From assembly GCA_030141605.1 (NCBI GenBank), contig JAQGDQ010000432.1:128553-192552 (forward strand): DNA of 64,000 bases, written 5' to 3'. This DNA is from Tubiluchus corallicola (taxonomy: Eukaryota; Animalia; Priapulida). Below are positions 1 through 18,872 of the stretch, in pieces. Positions within the stretch are counted from its first letter, which is position 1; every line of letters starts with the position of its first letter. The position numbers were made by a program, and so were the translations under genes. The notes under the pieces were generated by a model that was not told where the DNA came from, did not search any database, and worked only from the letters and a program-made list of their open reading frames with translations.

Positions 1-427
1 GCTTTACAAATGTTCATAAATGAGTTACTGACGACTGAAATAATTCAGAAGAGACGACTGTTTCATTGATGATACAAGCAAGCAGTCAACACGACCAACC
101 ACAACACTCCTAGTCTAATCCTGGTGAGACACACACTAGATTAGTTATGTCTGTCTATCGAGTACAGCAGCATTGTCTACATACCGCGATTATATTGATC
201 GACGCGCGGTATATGTATTGATCGATTCACCTCTGAGTTTGTCTGTTTGGCGACATAACGAATATAGTTTACATAAGCACTCATCCTAGCATGACGTAGC
301 GAGGGCGAGAAGCAAGGGTGGTGACTTAACGAGGTAAATATCAAAGCAGGAAATCCGTCCTGGTACTTTCTATGGCGAGAGACGAGTTTGGGGGCATAAC
401 GAGGGGCGAGATAACGAGGCTAGACTG
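1..427. mobile_element. Right end of a pogo/Tigger-like MITE (left end probably outside the window)
   Basis: Ends in ...GGCGAGATAACGAGGCTAGACTG followed by TA. The same terminus occurs at 56116-56140. CAGT-type termini with TA are typical of Tc1/mariner-pogo elements. Confidence 0.6.
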
Positions 428-1120
428 TATTAATAAATAACTAAACATATTTATTTGTCAACACGTTATCTTTTAAGCAGAATAAATGAAAATAAAATGC
501 GAGATTTTTCAGATGAGTTAAATCTTACAAGCTTGATCCTGATGTCCAACTGTGACTGACCATGAACCGACTAGATGACAACCCAAATCCTTCCTTTCAT
601 TAATTAGATCTACCCATTCTCCACTAATAAAACAGAAAATTCAATTTTAATAGCAACAAAAGTAGTTGAGAAAGTTCAGCAAAATGTGCAAGTATTCATG
701 TTGATGTTATTCGACAAAACATATGCACAGATGACATTATGTTGCACATATGTTGCATGTCATGTTTAAGAACATAACATTAATAATTTTTCAAATGCAG
801 AGCCTTTTTGAAGTCACTCACAAATTTCATTTTCAGTTTCCTTTACAAGTACACTATAAATGACATTCAGCTCATGGCAAACTCTTGTCTAAACTCAATA
901 GCTAGAACCTGATGTATGGAACTGCCTGAGATGCAAAATTTGTAAAGTAAACCAACAGAACACAGAAAAGTGCCCTTCCCACAACCAATATTGCAGAAAC
1001 CTTAACAATGATTACAATGACGTTGAAAAACTAAATAAACAAATAACGAATTAGCTGATATTGTAAGCTGTCTATTACATTTTTACCTCTCAAGGTTTTT
1101 CATATTACTTAGTTTTTACA

Positions 1121-1151
1121 CTGAAGAAGCAACCCATAATGGGCTGCGAAA
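1121..1151 (+). ncRNA. Hammerhead-ribozyme-like core (Penelope-type remnant)
   Basis: CTGAAGA-A-GCAACCCATAATGGGCTGC-GAAA: both catalytic boxes flank a pairable stem II. Stems I and III are not convincingly formed. Confidence 0.45.
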
Positions 1152-1683
1152 TATCCTTTATTCAGCAAAGATAAAAAGCAAAGTTACATCCATGTTTCCG
1201 TCTATAATCTTTTTTATTGAACCTAAACATATTTCACTAGTTTTGTCAAAAAATATAAAATAGCTACTTACTATTTGTCAACATATTCTGTCATGTGAGC
1301 AGGAATAATAAAATGAGCTGAAAAGAGAAAAGCAAGACATTATTTACGGCTTATTCGTGTCCATAAGTGGTTAATGAAAAGAAACTACAGTTTGTTTATT
1401 GGCCAAAAAGATGAAAAAAAGCTACTAGAAAACCACGTGTAGAACAGCACGGGTCATCTTGAAAACTTTTCCTATTTGGTTTCAAATAGGTAAGCCTTTA
1501 ATGACTTTATAATTGACTTATTTTATGACTAAACACTGAAAGAAAATAAACAAATTTTCCACAGATAAAGAAACTGTTAATTACTGCATATTCTGGACAA
1601 TGCGGTAACATATCGTTTAGGCAATTTATCTTAAAATAAAAAAATGTAAATATAATCTACAAACAAGAGACTGTACACTTTAC

Positions 1684-2125
1684 TTTGTAATTCATAAATA
1701 TGAGCCTTATCAGTCAATAGCGACGAGTGAGACTCCGCATTAGGATTGCCAGCATTGAGACTATCAAACCACCTTTGATGTCTGCACCTTGTGCTTATAG
1801 ACCTGAAGAAAATAGAGCAACTAAACGTACTGTTATAGATTTTTTAAAGACACACAGTCTGAAGTACACGATCAATCCGATTCTGTAAGCAAATGTTTTC
1901 AAAACAAAGAGATAGGCCTAGACAGATTATACGTCAATTACGAATAACTATTTTTCTAATCGTTAAAGTTGTTCAAAATCTCCAAAATCTAGGCGCATAA
2001 AAACAACTCAATGGATACTTGTGCTCTCACCTTCCATTTGAATAAAACCACTTGTGACTGTTGAAAAATAGCAATTTTAAGGGACATTTTAATGACCTTC
2101 TGCACAAATTATTGGCAGCCATCAT
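1684..2125 (-). CDS. NIPSNAP: NipSnap-family mitochondrial protein, first two coding exons (partial gene)
   Basis: Exons 2125-2031 and 1802-1684 (GT-AG, phase 2) give MMAANNLCRRSLKCPLKLLFFNSHKWFYSNGRSISTRCRHQRWFDSLNAGNPNAESHSSLLTDKAHIYELQ. This is a basic presequence followed by the ESHSxLLxDKxxIY motif I recall from NipSnap N-termini. No further exons were found in the window. Confidence 0.65.
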
Positions 2126-2158
2126 GCACTACTGTACGTGTTTTGTTGTTGTGCTGGC

Positions 2159-2172
2159 GCGCCATCTAGTGC
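2159..2172 (-). promoter_or_regulatory. CTCF-like motif upstream of the NipSnap start
   Basis: Minus strand reads GCACTAGATGGCGC, close to the CTCF core CCASYAGRKGGCRS. Confidence 0.4.
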
Positions 2173-3504
2173 CCGGTTATTCAGTTTTTAGAAGAATTAC
2201 TCGTAGCAACAATAAGATTTCCTAGAATTTTTATAGTTATTGCAAAAATTAACGGGAATCGCTCTAACGTGAGCAAGCTAGCTTTAAAAATTATTATTTG
2301 ATTGGCCACTTATGAGGATGATCTAGGACTTGTTATAATTACCGTGAATGTTAGTCTAGCGGTCATGAGGTTCACATTGCAAGTATAATAATAATTTCGT
2401 TTAGGACGCATAGTCCAGAGGTACCACCTTAAGTACCTCAATACTTAATTCCAAGGTGGTCCCGAATACGATTTGGTCAGAAGTAGAACCTGTGACCCCC
2501 AGGTGGGAAGCGAGCAAGCTACATGTATTAAGCTATGCAACCCGGTTCAGAGTGATAGTTCAAATCCTTAACTATTTTAACTTTTTAAAATTTGTCTCGT
2601 TCGAAGCAGCTGGGTTTCAAAATTCATCAACTCGGACCTAATTCCATCAACACACAAATAAGATATTGTTGATTTTTATTCTTTGATAGGCACTTATAAA
2701 CAGGTAATTTGGTCCCTGACAACATCCCTGATTTAAAGACCTTTTTGTATAAACATTAAATTCATTTTTAATCATTGCCTGTGTACGATGTGAAAATAAA
2801 TGAATAAAATAAACAAACAAATAAATAATGATTCTTGATTGTAAATAATTAGTATAGTACATGTGTGCTTGGATGTATGCCTTGAAACCATAAGGTATTA
2901 ATTGCATGAATACAAGTCCTATCTGATTCACAAATTCTCAACAACCCTTTCTTCAATTAATTAGCTTTTCAGGTCAAAGCATGTTTGCTAGAAATCCGGA
3001 ATTGCATATTCAGTTGCATATAGACAATTTAAATGGATAAGCTGCGAAAATAACGCAATAATGTAGGTCTGATAAACTGGTTCATTGAAAACAATGCAAA
3101 GTGTTGCATAACAGTCTAGATTTGTGGTAAAAAGTTGTTTAAATGTCTTAATGTGTGTGGGTGTATGCATAACTAGTCAATAAAGATTTTTGATTATTGA
3201 AAATCCTTTTGATCATGTGAAGTAAAGTACAGTAAAAACATATCTGAGCGGGATACAGTGTGTTGATGTTACAACATAAAGTTGTAAGCTAAAATTTTAT
3301 ATTCAAATGAAGTTATAATAACTTTAAGCAGTATCCCATCGAAACCTAAACATCATGCAGATCGTTACCTAAACATCAGGTAAGCAAAGGTGCAAAATAA
3401 CAGTTACAAATCACAGAAACAATAACAAAACCAGCAGTTTACTTAAATTAAATTACACATTTATTTACAAAATATTTAAGAACAAGACGTAAGGAGGCTC
3501 TGAA

Positions 3505-10239
<6,735 letters not shown>

Positions 10240-12032
10240 GTTGAAAAGTACGCTGCTTCCATCTAGCAGGAGAAATCGTAAAGTTAATAATAATAATAAC
10301 TATAATAACAAACGCAGCAGAGAAAATAGGCTACACTAATCAAAAGCTTTCCGGAATTACATACAACATTTAACAGAGAAATCACTTTTCTTTAGCTGTT
10401 TTACTTTGCCAGATTTTATTTTATAATCATTAGTTAAAGTGTGTAGAGCTGGTATACGAATCAATGGATTAATAAGTAAGTACTGTACCGTATATACAAT
10501 GCTGAACAGTGAACATTCTTGTTATTAAAAAAGTGCATCAGCTTGTAAGTTTAAACTTCAAAGAAGTACTATTAACTTTACTTGATTGACTAGTTGGGCA
10601 GATTAATAATGATGTACATTACTTTCAATATATTGTTGTATGTCACTTGACTTTATGAGTTATAAATGTAATGTTGTAAGATATACATAGTATACCGTTA
10701 CACTAAGTATAACATATCAGTATATGTTTCAAGTAAAATTTTGTTGGTAGTCGGTTTTTATAAAGTTTATGTTAAAACCAAAATGGGATATTGGCTTGGT
10801 TCAGTTGTTACCAAACTTCTTTCATTTTTAACCACTGGACATGTCACTTTGATAGTCCAATTTGTTAGTGCCATATAGTGGTACTAGTAGTAGTAATAAA
10901 AGTTAATGTTATTGTTTCATTATCATTCGATATATAACTAATTTTTGTAATGTTTTTCTAGGCACAGTGTTTATTTTGTACATCATCTGAATGTTGAACA
11001 AAAAGATTTAGAAAACAGCTGTTAACTGGATTTGTGAGGAATACCTCTCCAGATGGAGTATGTTTGATGGAATTTTGTTCGAAAGTTTAAATTATGTTAC
11101 CAGATATGTAATAAGTGAGTACATTTCAACATATACTAGCTGTGTGAAATTCAGTTTCTTTTTTAAAAAATGCAGTCTAGAGCATTAACAGGAGTCAAAC
11201 CCTTTGCTTCCAGCTGATAGGCTCCGCTTGTGTCTTTCGGACTGTAAAACAATGAATGATCTGTCATTTTTCAAATGCTTTGCAATATTCTAAGCAAAGG
11301 CCATCCCATTGTCTGCATGTAAGCTGTTAGAACAATACCTGTAATACCTGTTGGAATGCTGAATGCACCACTGGCTTGAACTTCTCAATTCTAATATGAC
11401 TGTGCCACTATGCCGACTTTTGAACCAAATTAAAGTGTTAAGCTATAATTTCCGAGTTTATTAACGTGGATGTTATGCATGCTTATCTGAGTTTGCGGTT
11501 GTATTCTGTCTTGGCAAAATTCCAGTTTCTCCTTAAATATTTGAGAGATGTTACTCCTTAAATCTTTTGGACTTGTGTAAGGCAATGGTAATCCCAATTA
11601 AGCAGTTGGTAAAATTTGAGCATTCAGTATCAATAGAGTCACCTACCTCTCACTATTGTTGTTAGACATGTCTCTTCTTACTAGGTTATTCAGAATTTGC
11701 GTAACACGAAATAATACTTGTTATCTGTTATATTTTGTTTAAATAGAAAAACTTTTAAATTCTGCTGTGTGTCACCTAGCTGGGGCTCTAGGTGTGAACA
11801 AGGAAAGGCGACTGCACTGTGGATGTCCTCATTGTCTTGTTACGTTTCTGTGGTAGAAGAAATTATTTATTTTAATTTTTTCTTTTTATGGTTCAGCTTG
11901 TTTATATTGTATTTTAGTGTTTCACTACTTTTTCTTCTGGCCTATGTGCCTGAATTGTTGGCTGTTGATTACTCAAGTTTAACTACCAGGCTTTTCAGTC
12001 ACCTTTTTAGTAAATAATACTAATACAGTAAT

Positions 12033-12152
12033 GACTACGGCCAAATCACGTTGAAAACACCGGTTCTCGTCTGATCACCGAAGTTAAGCAACGTAAAGCC
12101 TGATTATTACTTGGATGGGTGACCGCCTAGGAATACCAGGTGCTGTAGGCTT
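12033..12152 (+). rRNA. 5S rRNA sequence (SINE head or pseudogene copy)
   Basis: GACTACGGCC...GATCACCGAAGTTAAGCAACG...TACTTGGATGGGTGACCGCCTAGGAATACCAGGTGCTGTAGGCTT. Several substitutions relative to the animal consensus. Confidence 0.8.
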
Positions 12153-12511
12153 ACGGGATGCCCACAGTGTATCTCGACATTAGGGGAGGAGCTGTACAAG
12201 CAGCCAACGGCTAGAGGGTGGAGGAGGTTAAGTGACCCAACGGCCATGTGTGTAGAGGAGTAAACCTTCCAAATCAGGAGTGGAGCCCCGAAGGCGGACC
12301 AGTGCAGCATGCTCACTGACTTCGGCAGCTCCTGCAGCCAACCTGGTGCCAAACGTATCGCTCTGCTTTCCTTTGGACTACACCAGGGTGGAAGAGAGGG
12401 GGTTCCTGTTGTCTGGGCAACTCAGGATCTCCGTACACCTTTCAAGGATCGGACTCTCTTGGCGCACATTCCATTGTCTTCCGAGACAGAAGGAAGCCAA
12501 CAACAACAACA
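12033..12511 (+). mobile_element. 5S rRNA-derived SINE (SINE3) with RTE-like body and (CAA)n tail
   Basis: A full-length 5S head (12033-12152) lacks a T-run terminator and runs into a body containing GGCAGCTCCTGCAGCCAACCTGGTGCCAAACG. The 3' end is CCATTGTCTTCCGAGACAGAAGGAAGC(CAA)5. Target-site duplication ACTAATACAGTwA at 12019 and 12512. Confidence 0.85.
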
Positions 12512-15500
12512 ACTAATACAGTTACGTAGTATAGATCCAGAGCACAGTATGTGCACAAAAGTACTTCTTCCAGTCAAGTACAGACTTCAACATTGAATGT
12601 TATGCACTTTGTTTGAAGATATTACATGTATCATATGCTGTAGATATCGATAATGGATGGCTTAAGCATTTCTAATGGTCTCATTGATACTTGATTTTTG
12701 TTTTTTTCCATTTGCTTTGCATTAAATAGCTGATAAATCTTGTGCCAATAATGCAAAACCTGTGATTATTTTGAATTGAGAATACACTGTAGAATTTTTA
12801 CATTTACCTAAGCTGCAGATTGTGTTTGAGTGTCTAAAATTCTCTAAATCTAACAAATTGTAGTTTTTGAATACTGTCTCTACCTTTAAATTTCCATATT
12901 TTTAGTAGTGTGTATATTGGCGCTACTTGGTTCTCTAAATGTTTGTATTAGGCCTACCCATGCAGGCTTGTTCTATAGCATATGGATTTTTAAGAAGCAG
13001 GCAAACAAACAAGCAACAAAAAGGCACGTCCAATGCTATACCTCGCTGGTTTCTTCACAACTTTGTAATTAATTCAACTGGGTGCTTACCTGAGCTCAAG
13101 TTACTTTGTAAGTTGACTCTTTGCAGTTGCCTTCATTAGATGTAACCTTGGTTATATCGCTTGCAACTTTTTCAATTTCTTTCGTTTTCAATGTTACAAG
13201 GAGTGGCTGTTAACCTTAATATTGTCACCTGTTGTCCTTCGTTCAACTGATAGCCATACAAATCATGAAAATAAGTTGTCGAATTCTGTTTTTTTGTGGA
13301 GTTTCATATTCATTTTGAAAATTAGTGGACAATTTCACAAAACCTCAGTGGGAAGGAAGTTAACAATTTAATATGCTGGTAGAGGGCATTGTATCAGTAA
13401 GCCCTGCATAATGGTGGAGTCATGTCTCTAATTTGCCTGACACAGTCACAGTAGTAAAATTTGATGACCCTTTTGACTTTTGTTAAAGGAAAACTGGATG
13501 ATTGTGTAAACATTAGTTCAGAATAAAGAATGCTGCAAAATATTGAAAACTACAATAGCTTTTTTTAAATCAAAGCTTAGATTAAATAATAATTACTTGG
13601 GATACTCAAATTTTGTTAAACTTACAAAGCCACATGCGGCTCAGTGAATTTACTAAGATTGGTGACAGCGCCTTTTTCTCACACGGTCGACAAATAGAAG
13701 GCGGTACTATGATAACGATGATCACGAACTGCAGTGTTAGTTTCTGACGTCAAATGACGTAGAGCCCATATTCGTGACATCAAGCATTTAAGTTGTAACA
13801 CTTACGCAAATGTGCTTGATGCTCAAGGGACATGCCTGCCATTGCACAAACTGTGGTTAATTTCTGACGTAAGCAATAGCTGTGTTCGGTTGCCGTTAAT
13901 TAACTTTCTAAGCTAATTATTGAAATATAAGAAACAATTGCTAACTTTTATAGGCAAGAAAATATACGTTTTGGACAGTAAATTAAAATGAGATTGAATC
14001 TAAAAAATCGTTTGGTTTTCCTTTAATGTGTACAATAATTATGTGGAAGAGGCAGCATGGTCATTAGACTTTAATGTTGTTAAATAATAATTTTCAATAC
14101 AAGTCCCTCATCCTGTTGAATTGATACGGAGAATAACCCTTGTTTCTTTATTGAAACGATATTACCACAAAAATCGTTATTGTATAGATACCAAGAAGTA
14201 TTGCACCCAATTTCATGTAAGTCCATGCTACATCTACTTACATTTGAGTTTATAATTCTTTTTTAATTAAAAATGAAATTTAATATTCGAACTAACTATA
14301 CTTTCCAAGAAAAAAAATTCTTAAATTCCCACAGTTCAGACAAATATTAATTACTCATTAAAGTTTGTTTTTAATTTAACATATTTTTTATCGCTCATAT
14401 CAAGTCAGTTTTTTAGAAAAATACATCAATTTTTATCGAGTTTAAAAATGTATCTTATCGTATTGCGTCGGAGAAGAAATATAGTATCGCTATCGTATTG
14501 TGGGAAAAAGTATCGTATCGCTATTGTATCTCACAATTAGTATTGATTAACATGATTTTGTAGATTATCTGTCTAGTGGACTGTTTTATAATAAATTTAC
14601 CATTACTGTTCAACGGCAGGGTATTCAATGGCTCTTCAATTCAGCGGCTTGACGCTGTACTTTTATGTGATATTCCCAGAGGATCTGGACAGCACCTGAC
14701 CTGTCTAATAAAATTGTTCTAATGAAATTCTCTTACCACCATATGATGTCATATTGCTGTTGTGAGAAGTAAAAATCATTAAAAATATTGAACAAATTAA
14801 TTAATGTCATTTAAAATATGGTTGATAAATATTTTGCGACATAATCCACTTTTGGGATGCTAGGTCTCTTAAGGTAGCAGTAGCTGTCGTTGTTGCGCAT
14901 TGCTTTCTTTGTTGTTACTTGTTAGAATGTGAATATGCCTTAACTGTCATTAAGAAGTCAACTCAGGCTAACTATCATTTTATATTAATCTTAAATGACC
15001 AGGCACTACTGGTTGTATTTGCAGATTGTTATATAATAAACTGGTCAGTTTAGCTGCTTTTAAACATGCCTGTTGTGGATATCACAAATAAACTGCTTAC
15101 AATGTCCTCTTGAGCTTTGTGGCTATTTGAAAACTTAAACATTTTTTATCTTTTTCTCCTGACCTTCTGACCTATATCATACCAGCGAAGTTACTTGCAG
15201 TTGTTAAAGTCAAACATTGTTTAGGTATGAACTGAAGTTCATTTTTTAGTGTAATCGTTTTTTAAAAACTCTTATTATTATGTACTTGTAGATCTTAAAA
15301 TAACGAAAATAGTAAAAAAGTTTTTTTAGTTAATGGTTGGTATAGTCGACTTTTATCTGGGTTGGTACTAAGTTATCCAAATTGTATTAAAATCACTTTT
15401 TGCACTTTATTGCCAACCTTTTATAACAAAATTAAAAAAACTTTTATGTAACCATCTTCAAAGTTTGAAATTTGCTTTTCTTACTGTTATGTAATCAAAT

Positions 15501-15539
15501 ATTTTGTATCTCAAGTTTTTAATCAAATAAAGTTTTGTA

Positions 15540-16241
15540 TACATTCCGTAGCGCTCTCTTCCTCCTCTCGCACAAAGAGAAGTGCGCGGAGATATTTTCC
15601 AATTAAAATTGACAGAAAGTATAATTTTTAATCGTTCAATAATGACTGTTTTCGCTTGAGAAATGTTTCGAAAGGTTCCGCGAGCTTTCAAAAGCCCTGG
15701 GGATTATAAATTTGTTCCCCGTTGCGCATAAAGGTGTTTTCACGTGTTCTTCTTCTGGGAGGATCCAGGTGTCCAAGCTCCTCGGCGTTTCTCTGTGTTT
15801 GCGAGGCTTGAACCCCCTGCACCGCAGGCCATGCTTCGTACCGGGTTCTTCTACGCTTCAGTTGCATTCTTTACACTAGCTTGAGACGGGAAGTCATTTC
15901 ATTGTCGAATTGTCCTGATTTCTTTAGCTCGGTTGATTCTCGCACTGTTGTGCCCGTAAGAAGATCGCTGCTCTGACATGTTAGTGACCTCAAAAACTTG
16001 CCGGTCACCTCACTTGAACCTTGGTCGCCGTGCGGCAGCGCCTTGTCACAGTGCATGACTATCTACTGCTGTGCCGTGTGTGTACGCGTTAAACTATCCT
16101 CCTGCACTTCGAGTTGGACTTCGGCTTGGTCTAAATAGTGTGCGAGTAATTATTAGGATACAATTTGCTTTTGGTGATTACTCGAGTGTATAGGATTTGC
16201 TTATTTGTTGGTTACTGGCTACATAAATCATGGAGACTTCT
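15540..16241 (+). promoter_or_regulatory. Candidate promoter and first exon of the HIL zinc-finger gene
   Basis: Locally GC/CpG-richer unique DNA ending in AAATC-ATGGAGACTTCT|GTAAGT (ATG at 16230, donor at 16242). Confidence 0.4.
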
Positions 16242-16282
16242 GTAAGTTACGTTTTAAATGTATTTTAACTCTTTAATTCGCA

Positions 16283-16615
16283 ATATTGACCTTATTTTGT
16301 TGCCCGCTAATTATACTACATGCATATTCTTTTCTCTGGATTGCATAGAAAATGTCACAATTTTAAAAATTGCTAATGTTTCCTAAATTAAACTGATAGC
16401 ATTAATGCCCCCGCCAGTGTATAAAATATCTTTTTATCTATATTCGGTAAAGGACAGCAGACTAGGTGACTTTATAGTCTCTTCGCTATCCTTTCTCTAG
16501 TTCTAGATCTATCTATACATTTTAACCATTTTTCAAAACTTATTAGAGATTATTTTATTAATCATGTTTTATTGTAACACTATAAGGAGATAAATAAATT
16601 GAAATTGAAAAAAAA
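16283..16615 (+). mobile_element. 5'-truncated CR1/L2-like retroelement with TSD
   Basis: A 19-bp direct repeat TTTAACTCTTTAATTCGCA lies at 16264-16282 and 16616-16634. The tail is AATAAATTGAAATTGAAAAAAAA, with a stem-loop GACTAGGTGACT...AGTC. Confidence 0.7.
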
Positions 16616-17699
16616 TTTAACTCTTTAATTCGCAGTATCCAAAGATGTTTAAAAACATGTCGTGGCGTCTGTGTCTTGGTTAAGTTTCTGTTCAGGCTAA
16701 TCCGTGAAACATATTTTTACACTCTTTCTTTGTTAACAGAAGTGTTGCAAGATATTTTGATAACCCATTATTTGGTTATTTTTCTAAATAAGTCAACAAG
16801 AGTCACTCTGACCGTTTTTGTAATGGAAGTTTACAGGGACAAAATAGGCTTAAGTGAAACTTACGTTGCTGCTTGGTCTTGAACGGCAAATCGGCAAGTC
16901 AGAATTTTAGGTTTTGAAATGGAATGAGTGCAATGTGCAGTGTGGCTGATAAATGTGAACAAAGCTTTACTGTGTGTAACCTCTGTTCAGACATTTCACT
17001 GGCTACGTGAGACAAACAGCTCCTAGTAAGACGTTTACAAAAAAACCTGTTAAATGCGTAGTTGCTGTCAGTTGACGGCTTGTTGCATGCCTGCTCTGAT
17101 TTATTATTGTAAATTCTATTAAATAGTGTGCAAGTTTACTGTTCAATATTTACGTTTGACACCATTATGCAATAAAATCTAGACATTTGAAAATAAATTT
17201 ACAGTTTGCAAAATATGGCTGCTGTCGTTATTTGTTCGCTTCGTTACGATCTTGTTGTTTATACATGAATAATTCTGAGGTAATCGTCCGGAAAAGTATG
17301 AGCAAAGTTGATACAATTTGACATTAAAACTTAAATTACTAGGATCACGATTCACGAATAACCAGAAACGTATATTTGTTTTCAATGTTTACATGTAACC
17401 GTTTTGTTTATTTATTAGCTAAGGCAACGAATTTGATCATGGCGGTGATCGGTGGGTAGTGTCGGCGAGGGGGTTATTTAAGAAACCGTAGCTCTGACAG
17501 GCATGGGTACTCAAAAACAGTTTTTTGCGTCAATTTAAGAGTCAAGTGCTACAGAAGGAGTAAAAAAGAAGAAGAATAGATAAAAACGGTCGGAACATGT
17601 CCAGCGCTTCCCGTATATATAAAAATTTCATTTTAACTCTTCGTTTTTCTATCTCCTATTTTTCAATTAAACAAAGGACCCCCGGTGGGAAACTTTTTC

Positions 17700-18814
17700 G
17701 TATGCTCCAGAGAACATGCCTTGTCAAGTACTTAACCCTTTCAGTCCCAAATTATTTTTTTATAAGAAAAAAATTTTGTGGCTTGGTACTTTTGTTCAAT
17801 ATGTCCATCTTGTTTACACATAATAATTATTTTTTTCTGCCTGTGCCCGCGTGCTAAATATAGCCTGTATCCCACGGGATACGTTGGGATTCAATGGAAG
17901 CATAAAATGTGCTTCATTTTGCATTTAAGACATTTAGTACGCACGCTATGCTGATCTGTACAAAGTCATCTCTAAAATACTGTACCTTGCGCAGTTTTTT
18001 ATGCTATGTAGATTTTCTAGTTTGCCATTTTATCACCATTTTTGGTCTATTGTTATTGGCTTAAATCAAAATAACTATTAACAGATCAAATGACTCTAAG
18101 TTTTAAAATTTTATTAATTTGAAAGGCAGAAAATATTCTCGTATCCCACGAGATACAACGGGTATGAAAGGGTTAATAACAAAGTCTTTACGAATTACCA
18201 AGGCAAGAGTTTTTGATTTTTGGGTACTGACCAACAGGATCGGCAATATGGAAGACGGGCTATTATTACCCTAATTTCCACTGTTTCAATCTCTCCATTA
18301 ACTACTGTGTAACGTAATTACCTGAGGAATTAGATGATGTCAATAATAAATCCATATACTTCATAAGGAAGCAGCAGTTGTTATTTTTGGTGCCAATATC
18401 CAGTTGAGCTATTAGGCCAACCTAGCAGAGCTGGCTTGAATTATGCTTCTAGTACTACACAATCAGTCACAGAACAACCTACCTGATATGTTAAGGCCTA
18501 TATTTTGCATCTCTTTAAAGGACCTGCAAAGACTTATATAATTTATCTGAGTAGCATCCTGGGATTAGTTCTAGAAAAGACAGAATGGAATCTCATTTCC
18601 TCTTTGATTGTTGTTGTTAGTTTTTTTATAAATTTGTTATTTCTTTGGCTCAACAAATTGCTCCTGTGTTCCTTACAGAAATACTTTGCGTATAAAGTGT
18701 GTGAAAATGTGAGCTAATGGCCTTCTTATGCAGAGTGATTTTCCTTTGAGAAGTTGGCAGGAATAATAATAATAATTTGTATGCTCCAGAGAACATGCCT
18801 TGTCAAGTACTTAA
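17700..18814 (+). repeat. About 1-kb duplicate of 32625-33711, flanked by a 36-bp direct repeat
   Basis: GTATGCTCCAGAGAACATGCCTTGTCAAGTACTTAA at 17700-17735 and 18779-18814. The enclosed sequence matches the MITE at 32629 plus about 630 bp of its right flank. Confidence 0.9.
17736..18172. mobile_element. piggyBac-like MITE, copy 1
   Basis: TTAA|CCCTTTCAGTCCC ... GGGTATGAAAGGG|TTAA. Confidence 0.85.
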
Positions 18815-18872
18815 ATTTGTTACTTTATGCATGTTCTGATACTAAATATTTAACCAATAGGTGAAAGAAGTA

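Noticed and set aside
12033-12152. Functional 5S rRNA gene
   Set aside because: No oligo-T terminator, substitutions in paired regions, and it sits in a TSD-flanked retroposed unit.
13779-13821. Small hairpin CATCAAGCA...TGCTTGATG as a pre-miRNA
   Set aside because: The stem is too short and bulged, and matches no miRNA I recognise.
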